Of a stretch of DNA of 64,000 nt, positions 26,123-44,776 are shown piece after piece. Position 1 is the first letter of the stretch. Every line of letters begins with the position of its first letter. Source of the DNA: the human T2T-CHM13v2.0 reference genome, Homo sapiens; assembly GCF_009914755.1 (NCBI RefSeq), contig NC_060938.1. One strand, given 5' to 3'. The notes beneath the pieces are model-generated. The model was not told where the DNA came from. It searched no databases and saw nothing but the letters and a program-made list of their open reading frames with translations. Both the position numbers and the translations under genes were made by a program.

Positions 26123-26797
26123 TAGACCCACTGGTATTCAGAGCAGTGATGAGCACCTTGCTATGCACACACTAGTAATAACAGTAAATTGTAAATCAGT
26201 AAATAGCAATTGTATAACCTAAATAAAAATGAATTATCTAGTTCTTTAGGTCCCTAGCTTATGCCTTTTCTCCTCCTTAGTAGAAAAGTCAGAACTCTGG
26301 TATTTAGGACAAAGTCTTACCTTCTTTCTTTCTGCTGTGTCCGCTGAGTAAGGCAAATATTAGAAAAGCAGCTAGGCCAGTATCATGGGACTCTCAGTTG
26401 TTTTTGCTTTGGGACCTTTGACTGTCAGTCTCAGCCCAGCAATTTAACGTATTTTTCTAGATTAAACAGTGTTGCTTCTGAATTCCTCCCTTGGACCTTG
26501 GACTGCTGGGTCCTTTCAGGAGACAAAGGATACCAGATTGGGGAGTACGGGCTACTGTTAGACAATGTGAACTAGGAGGTGACCAAAGTTGACCTTAGAG
26601 TCAACTTAATTTTGCAGGTGAGGGAACAGAGACCTAAACGACCACTGGCTCCCAGTAAAGCAGATTCGCAGCATACTGTGCTTTGCCTGAATGGGTGTTG
26701 TAGACACAGGGGCAGAGGCGTGTTTGGAGAAAGGGTTCAGAATTTGGAGTGCGACAGACGTAGGTTCGAACAGAGCTCTGCTACTCTGTGGCTGTGA

Positions 26798-27187
<390 letters not shown>

Positions 27188-27317
27188 TGAGAGGCCGGGC
27201 CGTGAGTGCCTCAGCCTCTGCCGAGGGGCCCGCGGCGCCCGGGCAGGCAGGACCACTGGGCCCACGCGTGCCTCTGGACGGGCCTCCCAGCCAGCATGTG
27301 CCGTGTTGTGTTCGCAG

Positions 27318-27361
27318 AAAGAAGAGCAGAGCCTCAAAAGGCTGAGGAGCAGGGCACGCAG
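27318..27361 (+). CDS. TOMM20L: TOMM20L exon 2
   Basis: ttcgcag|AA...; (K)RRAEPQKAEEQGTQ; donor CAG|gtgcag. 44 nt, phase-consistent. Confidence 0.9.
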
Positions 27362-27832
27362 GTGCAGTGCTTTCGATCCGCACAGGTAGCTCAGTAGACG
27401 CAGGTCCGGGCTCGCTGGGTTGCTTGGCTCCTGGCGGGCTCGGCAGCAGGTAGTTAGTTCCCTCAGCCGCCCGTGCCCGGGAAGAGGCCTGCCCTCGCGC
27501 GCCACGCACCGCCTCAGGCCCAGTCACTCTCCTCTCACAAAAGGGAGGGAAGGAAGGAGGAAGAAGTTGGAGTTATAAAAAGGCAGCTGCAAAGCAAAAC
27601 ACTGTACAACAGGCACTTCTTTTAACTGGAAGAAGGAAGAGGAGCCTTTTGCCCTGTCAGAGCCGCACAGGACACTTAAAAACCCAGGCTGGCCACGGTC
27701 ACATGGCAGTAACTTCTAGATTGTTCTCCCGCAGGGCCTTTCTTGTAGCTCAGAAGCAGAAGGCATCTTCGTGTTTTGTAAATCTCTGCGGCAAAATTTG
27801 ATTAGTCCCTTTTTTGTTGTTTTTAAGAGGCG

Positions 27833-28097
27833 GGCCGGGCTTGGTGGCTCACGCCTGTAATCCCAGCACTTTGGGAGGCAAGGCGGGCAGATCACGTGAG
27901 GTCAGGAGTTTGAGACCAGCCTGGCCAACATGGTGAAAGCCTGTCTCTACTAAAAATACAAAAATTAGCCGGGAGTGGTGGCGTGTGCCTGTAGTCTCAG
28001 CTACTTGGGAGACTGAGGCAGGAGAATTGCTTGAGTCCGGGAGGTGGCAGTTGCAGCCTGGGCGACAGAGCAAGACACTGTCTATAAAAAAAGAAAG
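27833..28097 (+). mobile_element. AluS with internal deletion, inside an antisense Alu monomer remnant
   Basis: Dimer lacking part of the right arm; antisense left-arm sequence resumes at 28100-28157. Confidence 0.8.
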
Positions 28098-28273
28098 AGA
28101 CAAGGGTGTTCCTATGTTGCCCAGGCTGAACTAGAACTCCTGGCCACAAGCAATCCGCAGTTGATGCTGGATGTTTACTTAGCTGAGATTGTTAGCCAGA
28201 GCACCTACACGTCTGTGTGATCTGGGATTCTTCATTTGTGTGATGGGCTGTGTCCCAAGGGACAAGCAAACAC

Positions 28274-28322
28274 ATATATGTATGTGTGTATATATATGTG
28301 TGTGTGTGTGTGTCTGTGTATA
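28274..28322. repeat. Mixed (TA)/(TG) microsatellite
   Basis: Direct reading. Confidence 0.85.
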
Positions 28323-29910
28323 GAGAGAGCACGCACATGCATGTGAACTAGAACATGTGCCCATGTGGAAGAGCAGATGGTACCACTTCTGGCAACATTG
28401 AAGCCTACTCAATTTAAAGGGAGAGGAAATAGATTCTACCTCTCAACAGGGATGGCAAGGTTTTGAAAGCACTTGTGTGACCGGGAATATTGCGGTAGCC
28501 ATTTTTGAAACATGCAGTTTTTCCGGAGAAGACTTTGTAGCGGAAGTGGCATTGAACTGAGCCTGGAAGGATGATGAATTTGTGGCTTGGTTTCAGGGGA
28601 GAGGATACAGGATGGAGGGAACAGCATGTGCATAAAGATGCAAAGTGGGGCATCTGCCAAGCACATTCAGTAAACCAGTTTGGCAAAGGAGTCATACTGA
28701 GGAATAGTGGGTGGTAAGGTTGGAGAGCGAAAGTAGGATTGAATTAGGGAAGGCTTGCTTTGAAGGCCAGGTTAAGGAACTGAGATTCAATGGAGGAATT
28801 ACTGAAGATTTCTAAGCAGGAATTTTTTAAAAAGAAGGAAAGAAAGGCAGAAGAGAAATATTCTTAGATTGATCAAGCAGGAGTGTACTTAATGGATTGG
28901 AAAAGAAAACAAGCTATTGCAGCAATTTAGTTGAGAGGTAATAAAAATCCTGAACTATGGTGGTGGTAGTGGTAACTGGGAAGAATACAGTTCATGCCGA
29001 CTGAGTAAAGGGTAATGGAGAGGCGGAGTCAAAGACACTTCCGGGGTTTCAAAATGGAATCACAGTAGAGAATAAAAGCCCATTTGACATAGTTAGCTGG
29101 GTAGGGAGTGTCCAAAGAGCTGGACATGGGAGTGGAGATACCTTCCCTGACTTGACTGAGACAGAGCCTGATACAGCTCCATGTCCCTCGTCATTGTCCA
29201 TGGTTTCACTTGCACATTTGTGTAATTATTTGATTAATGCTTTCCGTTTATTACACTAAGCTGTGTGAGGGCAGACTTTGTTTTTTACTCTCCATTGTTT
29301 CCAGTGCCTAGAACAGAGTCTAGTGCGGTAGGTGCCCAGCAAATGTTTGTTGAATATTGTTGTTCATTGTAGGCAGAGGGAAACACCTTGTGCAGAGGCA
29401 CAGAACATGAAATTGTAATGTTCAAGGAGTATTATGGCCAGAGAGATAGCTGAGGGTCAGTTTAGTGTCTTACCGTGGAGGACTTTGAATGCCAAACTGA
29501 AAAGTCAGGACATTTTTCTGTTGTGGTGGATAACTAATGATGGTGACTTTATTTCAGAGAACAGACACAATTATTTTGGTTTTATTTTTTAAATAAGACA
29601 ATTCTGGTTCCAGTGTGGAGAAAGGAAGTTGAAGACAAGAAAATCAGTCAATGGCAGTTCATATGGGAAATAATAAATGATTTATATTAATATAAATTAA
29701 TCATATTTTAATTATAATATAATCTAATTATATTCATATTAAGCCATAACTAAGTCACACTATCATTTATTGATATAAATCAATAATTATTAATAATAAA
29801 TTGTTAATATTATTTCCCATATATGAAATAATAAATTATTTCAAGTGAAGAAGCAGCACAAGCAGGATTTTCAAATGTCCTTTCATATAATTGTCACAAC
29901 TCTATTCTAA

Positions 29911-30205
29911 TTTTTTTTTTTTTGACACAGGGTCTCACTCTGTTGCCCAGGCTGGAGTACAGTGGCAATGATCACAGCTCACTGCAGCCTCAACCCTTTT
30001 GGGGTTAGGTGATTCTCCCACCTCAGTCTCCTAAATAGCTGGGACTACAGGTGCATACCACCATGCCTGGCTAGTTTTTGTACTTTTACAGAGATGGGTT
30101 TCGCAACATTGCCCAGGCTGGTCTTGAACTCCTGAGCTCAAGCAGTCTGCCGGCCTTGGCCTCCTGAAGTGTTGGGATTACACGAGGGAGCCACTGTGCC
30201 TGGCC
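29911..30205 (-). mobile_element. AluJ
   Basis: TSD TCTATTCT(A/C)ATTTT. Confidence 0.88.
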
Positions 30206-30289
30206 TCTATTCTCATTTTACACATGAATAAACCAAAGCAGATAAAGAGTCTCTTCTCACTTTTTCTAGGGTCTTTCTTCCTCTTCTTC

Positions 30290-30580
30290 CCAGGACTTTC
30301 CCAAAGTATGGTCCATTGCTGCATTACATTTACCTGGAGCATCTGTTAAAATATGGATTATTTGACCCTGATCCCAGCAATTCTGATCCAGTAGCCTGGG
30401 GAATTCTTACTGGCACAGTGACTGTCAGACTTTAGGATCCATAAGAATCACCTGAAGAGTTTGTTTAAAAATGCAAATTCCTGGGCCCTACTCCCAGAGA
30501 TTGATTCAGTAGGTCTGGGTGGAGTCCAAGAAACTGCAGTTTTAACAGCTCCTTCAGGTGATGCTTTGTGAAACATGGGC
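30290..30580. mobile_element. MER5-family hAT DNA transposon fragments
   Basis: AGAATCACCTG...AAATGCAAATTCCTGGGCCC...GATTCAGTAGGTCTGGG MER5 motifs. Confidence 0.75.
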
Positions 30581-30902
30581 CTTGGGTTCTGTATTCTTCC
30601 CCCTCTCCCTAGAAGATCTTTCCCTTCTCCAAAAGTGATTTCAAATGTACTACTCTAGACCTGGTGTCCCAAGTTTCATCTGCCTACCAGACTCTGTCAT
30701 CTGGACATTCTGTTGGCACCTCACCTTAGTGTGTCCCGAAGTAAATTCATCATCTCCCCCACCTTGCCACTGTGCCTACTCCTGTTTCCTTATGATGCTC
30801 CTGGTATCACTAGCCTCCCTGCTGTGACCCTGACTCATCTTGTTTAAATATCAACTTCATCCATCATAAACAATGACCAATTCTTATTTTCAAATGCTCT
30901 AT

Positions 30903-30905
<3 letters not shown>

Positions 30906-30957
<52 letters not shown>
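30906..30957. repeat. (AT)26 microsatellite
   Basis: Direct reading. Confidence 0.95.
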
Positions 30958-30959
<2 letters not shown>

Positions 30960-31152
30960 CACTTGTCTATTTCTATTACTTCCCTGCAACTAAAGGCTTT
31001 TATTACCTTTTACCCAGGTTATTGTAATAGTTTCCTAACTTGCCACCCTGCCTCTATTCTTATGCTGTTAGAGTAAATTTCTTCTAAATGGCAGCTCTGA
31101 ATATGTAATTCCTTGCAGTAGCTCCCTACTCTGCAGATTAAAGACCAGCTTT

Positions 31153-32680
<1,528 letters not shown>

Positions 32681-33287
32681 TTACAGATTTGAAACACTGG
32701 AGCTGAAGTAACTGGCAGTGGAGTTGATATTTTGGGCTAGGCTTTGCACAGTGTACCTTGAAAGACCAACCCTAGGTGTAGTACCAATGATGATGCCATC
32801 TTGTGGCCATGGTCGCCTTCATGAACCAACCGCAGTAAACCAAAGCATCCTTCTGAACACTCACTCCCCTGCCAACCCCCAACCAGGTCCTTTGTCCCTT
32901 TCCTTTTGAGGGTGTGAGTACAGAAGGCTTAGCATAGTTTTTTGTTTCCCCGATTAGAGAGTTACTGCTACATGAACAGGTCTCACAACTAAAAGACCAA
33001 AATGACCTTGTAAGCCAGAGAAATCATGCAACCAAATCAACAGGCACTGTTAATATCCTGGGCAAGAAAATAATTTTGCAACATACAAAACTACCTTTGT
33101 TATATTAACTACAGTAGGATTTCTGCTATATGTGGCTGGGTAAAATTTGGTATGAGAGTTATTTATTATAAGCATCTCAACCTAACAAATATTTCATGTT
33201 TTTTTAAAACACTTAAAATAATCCCATTTTAGAAAATTGGTTTAAATATTATAAAGAACAACTACATTTGTCATACTTTGGATTTAG

Positions 33288-33615
<328 letters not shown>

Positions 33616-33707
33616 CAAGATGTCCTTTTTAAATAAAAAATAATTTGATCAGTAGCCATATACCTTACCTTCATTACTCATTGTTGAATATTTTATGAAT
33701 ATTTTAG

Positions 33708-33812
<105 letters not shown>

Positions 33813-34102
33813 TGAGTTACGACAGCTTATACTTGAGAAATATTTATTGATTAGTATTTGTATGTCAAATAACTAGCTGGATGTGTTAGCCAACTCCCCT
33901 CATTAAAGAAAAACTATCCCAGCATGTTCACTTCATCATACTGTACTCTTGAATTATGTTAGCATTTAGTGCTCAAGTCGTAGACTTGGAAGTGGGCAAA
34001 CGGAGTAGCAAAGCCAAATACAAAAATACCTCATTTATTGTTATATAAAATTCTAAGTCAGTGAGTTTTCCAAGTGACTAAATGTTAAGAATAAAAACTT
34101 TT

Positions 34103-34895
<793 letters not shown>

Positions 34896-35065
34896 TTATT
34901 CCTACCTAATTCCAGATGGATTTGAGAAAACTTCATAATATTGTCAGGCAAAATGATGGTAGATAATATTATTATTGTATAAATATTATAATCATAATGT
35001 CCTTATTCTGGTGTTAAACCCTGGAAAGGAAAATTTGTCTTGAGGTTTCTTAATTTAAGAAGTAA

Positions 35066-35478
<413 letters not shown>

Positions 35479-35776
35479 ATATATTTTTTAAGTGTTACAA
35501 ACTCCCTTGCATATCACAGTGCCTGTACCTGTTTTTGCCTTTCTGTTGTTGTTTTTTTTCAAAAGGTTTTTTTTTTTAATCTGTAAGGAGCATCCTCCAG
35601 GATTTATAAAAACAAAGAGGAAGTCAAAATCCTAGACAACTCACAGCAATGACGGAGATTTTTATTCAGTGGCTTAAAACCATTATAAAGGTTTTGAGAA
35701 ATGAAAAAGTTGCAGGCATTCAAAATCACTGCACATTAATCACTGTAATTTGTATTTTAATTTTTCATTTAGTATT

Positions 35777-35899
35777 GATCTTTGCTTTCAGATGGAGTAA
35801 TTTTTGAATGGACTAAAAATGCCTGCTAAATATTAACGATTTTTGCTTTTAGATGGAGTAATTTTTGAAATGGACTAAAAATACCTGCTAAATATTGAT
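35777..35899. repeat. ~61-bp tandem duplication (2 copies)
   Basis: GATYTTTGCTTTYAGATGGAGTAATTTTTGAA(A)TGGACTAAAAATRCCTGCTAAATATT occurs twice. Confidence 0.92.
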
Positions 35900-36015
35900 G
35901 ACAAAATGTACAGTTAGAACTGACTTAAATGATTATAAACAGAAGTGACTTTACATAAACCAGTGAAGCTTATGTCTAAAGACTTTTATTTGCATAGGCC
36001 TCTAAGGCCCCCTAG

Positions 36016-36853
<838 letters not shown>

Positions 36854-38293
36854 CCCTAATAGTTCTTTACAGAAGTTTTATACTTCCATATTTTACTTAT
36901 ATTGCAGTTCTCGGTCTTGGCTGCTTATTCTTTAATTCTTCATCAAACCCCAAACCAATTAAATCAGAATCTATGGGGCTGGAACCCAGGTGTCAATATT
37001 TTTTTTAAAAATCTCCCTGGGTTACTAAAACATTGAGAACCAACCAGTACAGTATTCTATCCAATGTGGCAATTTTTCACCCAGTTTTCTGCAGTCTTCT
37101 TAACTTTCTCCACTCCCCTTTGCTATCACCCACAATTTTCGTCATTTTCTGTCAGGTAAAATACAGTTCTGTAGCCATCTCAACGGTGGCTATATCTATA
37201 TGAGACCATAGGGCCAATAATTTTGATTGAAATTTCTGAGTAGCTGGTATGATTGAATTTATTGGTTGGTTGAATTATTTGACCAAATTGATTGTTTTGT
37301 ATTGTTAGCACCACCAATCTTCAGAACAGGCACCATTATATCTTATGTTGAAAATGTAAAATTAATGTATTTAAATCAGGACATATCCCTATTGTTCAAG
37401 CTTAATACAAATCTTTGGAAAGCATTTTTTTCTGTCACGCACTATTCTCTTCCTATAACCATGTATTTCAACTGATAAATGGAAAACTAGTTTCAGCTAA
37501 TAAAAATCTATTATTATACTTACCTGTAGGGCCATATTTTATTTTCTACCTAGTTATATGAAGTATGTCAATATTTCAACTCCTGTGATTACCGAATACC
37601 TGAAAAGAGGCAGTACTCTAGTCTCAAGGGTCAGAAAATTAGATTATATTCCTAAGGCTAGCATTAATCAGCATTGAAACTATACATCATTTCACTGATC
37701 TTTGCCTGTTTCCTTAAAGTAAAACAAGGGAGTGGGATTAAAGTCATTCCATGTTCTAACTTAAACAGAAATCCTATGATTAATTTTCACTCTTCACATA
37801 TTTTCATTTGTTGTTACTTCAAAGCCAATCATCCTAAAACTCACTTTAAAACTGTGCTTAGAAATCAGAGTTCATAAATCTCTTATTTTTTTCCCTGGGG
37901 TATGTAATTCATGTTACACTACATCTTGTTTCAACTCTTTGATAGTGAAATCTATTTTTTTTAAGTTCCATTTAGCTGGAACATCAGATGTTTCATCTAT
38001 AATATTTTTTCAATCACACATGTAAAGATAACCTATCAGATATTAATAAAAGCAGACAACTGCTTACAAAAAACCTCAGTATCCTCTTCCCTCCATACCC
38101 AAATTATAGAACACGAGCATTTCCAATGCAAGAGTATACTTCTAAACAGTAAGAGTATACTTGCTGTAATTTGGCTCAAAATTAATATTGCCGCTTCACC
38201 ACTGTGAAGCTCAACATCTTCCTCATATTTGTACTCTACTCTTCACAAGACTTGTCTAAGTAGTCTTTAGTTGGATATGCTTTTAATTTTTAA

Positions 38294-38557
<264 letters not shown>

Positions 38558-39132
38558 TAAATAGCTATGTTATGCTTGACTACACAGAAATATCAAAGTA
38601 TGTGTGTGAATTGCCCAAAATCTTAAATAAGTGAAATCTCTGAATTTTTGGCTGCTTTAACACGAAGCAAGCCTATTCTTCATTTTCCTTTGACTATAAT
38701 AAATTGTATATTTTCTTGTATTATCCGTATTTCAACAGTTCAATTTTAAAGCAGAACATTGCTTCTACTTCCATTAACATACAAAACATAGAAATCACTT
38801 TGGTAAATTTAAACATACAGGCTAATTAGCATTCTCTTAAATATAGGTTTAAAATGGTATCAAATGAAATCCATTCATAAGCCAGTTGATTAGTAAGTTT
38901 TAGTCCACTTCCATTTTACTAAACTGCTTGGTGTATGTATGCATCAACTAGAATTTCCTGCAAATGCTTGGATTCATTTCAGGATTCATTAGGCATAAGA
39001 CATTAACTTTGGTTCCCTTTTTATCATTGGCAAGCCTTGGAATCTATCATATTTGACTGTCAGCTTTTGAACAAAACACAAACATGAACTCCATTACAGT
39101 ATAACAGTCAACTCTTAAACATTCCCAAACTA

Positions 39133-39532
<400 letters not shown>

Positions 39533-39579
39533 TCATGCATTGAAATGATTAGCAAGTAACTATTTTATGTATTCACCAG

Positions 39580-39633
39580 CAATTTGAGGCAGACATGAAT
39601 GAACAGGACTGCTTGGAGGATGATCCTGATTGA
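39580..39633 (+). CDS. TOMM20L: TOMM20L exon 5 (stop)
   Basis: caccag|CAA; QFEADMNEQDCLEDDPD-TGA. The five exons sum to 459 nt = 152 aa plus stop. Confidence 0.93.
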   Translation, partial: QFEADMNEQDCLEDDPD

Positions 39634-39713
39634 AAAACATTTCAACGTATCCACAGTCCAGTGAGAATACTATGGTACCATACAGTATAAACAACTGCTC
39701 AGTGATATTTCCA

Positions 39714-39719
39714 TTTATT
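39714..39719 (-). terminator. TIMM9 distal poly(A) signal
   Basis: TTTATT on + strand = AATAAA on - strand. Confidence 0.65.
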
Positions 39720-39730
39720 TTACTTTGAGT

Positions 39731-39736
39731 AATAAA
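39731..39736 (+). terminator. TOMM20L poly(A) signal
   Basis: First AATAAA after the stop, about 100 nt downstream. Confidence 0.8.
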
Positions 39737-39810
39737 AATTTTTCTATCTCATACATGATCGAACACATAAGTTGCTTTAAAATTAACAGTCACAATTGAA
39801 GAAACAATGG

Positions 39811-39816
39811 TTTATT
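39811..39816 (-). terminator. TIMM9 proximal poly(A) signal
   Basis: TTTATT on + strand = AATAAA on - strand, about 270 nt after the stop. Confidence 0.55.
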
Positions 39817-40084
39817 TTTCTAATCAAGTGACCAAGCTGCTGAATCATAAGGCCTCAACAAATGTTGCATCTTATTATTTCACTGAACAATAAGACCTTC
39901 TATTGTGATTATTCCTGGTAAATAGCAATTTTGTTTCTCCAGCGGTTTCCATTTGCCAAACAGTCATGACAGATGGTTGAACATGGTGGCTACTGCTTTC
40001 AGGGGATTCTATCAGATGAGTCCTCATTTCCAATAAAGCAGCTGTTGGCAATCTTTCATCAAAAGTTCATCCATCAGGACTTCT

Positions 40085-40219
40085 CTATCGTGGTTGGCCA
40101 AGGAGTCCTGCTTTGGCTGCCAGGGCTTCATTCTGCTGAATATGATATTCCTGAAATCTCATGGATATTCTTTGTGTCATTTTTAAATATTTCTGTAAGC
40201 AATGTTCTGAACAGGTGGT
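40085..40219 (-). CDS. TIMM9: TIMM9 last coding exon
   Basis: Acceptor ttcattcctag; [47 protein letters not shown]; contains the second CX3C motif. Confidence 0.96.
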
Positions 40220-40608
40220 CTAGGAATGAAAAGGGAAGATCCAAGAGGCAACACAAAAATATGAATTTTTTAAAATGCATGTATTCTAAAAGAATCAGTG
40301 GGGTAGTTTGCTTTTCTTTGAATATATCTGAGAATTAAATAGTACTAATTGGCAGCAACTGACCATAGCTTTTAATTGATACTTTCATTCACTGACAAGC
40401 ATTAATATATATTGAATGCCTGCCAGTTTGTAGTCACTAAGAGCAATGATAAGTCTCTGTTTTCAAAAAGCTTCTGGACTAGATTTTCTGCAAGTGTATT
40501 AAGTGAAAGCCCACATTCCTGTCTTCTTGTTTCGATTATTAAAATGTAGACCCAGTAGTAAGTTTGTTCCTTTTTAATGAGAAAACAACATTCTTAATTC
40601 TCAACCTT

Positions 40609-41476
<868 letters not shown>

Positions 41477-41893
41477 AGTTAAGACTTCTAATAGGATGAG
41501 GTTTTCAATATGAGCCACCAAAGTCAAGCTTTGTTTTTTCCAAAGCCAACCAGAATTCCCAGGGCCATACAGAAAGGCTGTGCCAAGTTTCTCTAGGTAG
41601 GCCATCTTGGCTGAAAGCTAATTAGTAAGAATCTTTGTTGTGAAACAGTAACTCAGCAGCTGCAGGCATCTTCTCTAAAATGGTCTGACTTGGTACAATG
41701 TAACTGTCATTAAATTTGGCACTGTTAAACTCAATGCCGTGGTTCAGTGGCTGCTTCAGTTCTTCCAAGCAATGGAACATAAAAGGTAGTCTAAATTCCT
41801 GTAATAAGTAGGAACAAGTGAAATGCTTAAGGGGATCCTACTTAGAGTGTTTATGAAGGCTTGTAGAATTTTAGTGAGTAACACTTTTCATAC

Positions 41894-41989
41894 CTCTTCA
41901 GGTTTTACTTCTCTTGTTGTGAAGTCTTTAACACAGTCCAAAAAGCAGGTCTCTGTAAGTTTATTGTAGGTCCCCAGAAATTCCTTAAA
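41894..41989 (-). CDS. TIMM9: TIMM9 middle coding exon
   Basis: tttgtag|TTT; [32 protein letters not shown] (first CX3C); donor GAG|gtatga. Confidence 0.96.
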
Positions 41990-42155
41990 CTACAAACAAA
42001 CCAGAATGTTCTTTAGTATTTGGTTTTTAAAACAAAGATGCTTTGAAACTTAAATTACTGGTATTTTATATTTAGACAAAATATACTATAACACTTGAAA
42101 TCATAGTTATTATGCTAACTTAAATGGGTACAGTATGATCTACAGAATAGTTTTA

Positions 42156-44028
<1,873 letters not shown>

Positions 44029-44084
44029 TTAACTATTCCACTAGTCACCAATTTGCTTATTTTAAATTTTTTACTATTATACTC

Positions 44085-44320
44085 AGTCGAATACATCAAA
44101 AATATCAAAGATTTTAACATTTCAACATACAATCACATAAAAAGTATTAATAAGACATTTTACGTTCCTTTTCTGGTAGTAAGTCTTTGATTTTGGTGAG
44201 CATTTTACACTTACACCACATCTCAATTTGAATGCTAAATTTTCATCAGAAATACTTGGCCTATATTTAGATTTAATAAAATCTATTGTTGAAAAAGTAG
44301 ATTCATATATCTGAGCCACT
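44085..44320. mobile_element. Charlie/MER33-type hAT fragment with a transposase C-terminal remnant
   Basis: Minus-strand YESTFSTIDFIKSKYRPSISDENL resembles the hAT C-terminal dimerisation motif. Confidence 0.7.
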
Positions 44321-44776
44321 CCAAATACACTTAAAATTAGTTGCTAATTTAACTCTGACCCTTACTACTAATGATCCTTTTACAATGTAAATACAAAGGT
44401 TCTATTAATAGTTAACAAACACCAGTTAACAAACACCATTTGCTTAGAAATTGACAACCCTCATGAAGGATATTCAGAGTTTTAAAAGAAAGTTACAGGA
44501 ATTATACATTCTACTACACATTCTCTAGTTCAAAAAGGGCAATCACAGAGACTAATCAGAGACTTCTAATTATAATCTAACGTGGCGGCAACAGGGAAGG
44601 GAAGACAAGTAAATAAAAAAGCCTTTCTGAATTCCTGAGATTTTCACATATCCTAAATGTAGGACTTAGGTTCAGTTAATCTAGATATAAGAATGTGTAT
44701 AACATTATTTATTTACTATATCCTGGCTAGTTCTAAAAAGGTTGAGCATTTCATATAAAAGATTTGTATTTGTATA

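Noticed and set aside
39973-40338. 121-aa + strand ORF
   Set aside because: Antisense shadow of the TIMM9 last exon, lying beyond the TOMM20L poly(A) signal.
44122-44319. 65-aa hAT transposase-like ORF as a domesticated gene
   Set aside because: Only a short degraded C-terminal remnant within a repeat; no supporting exon structure seen.
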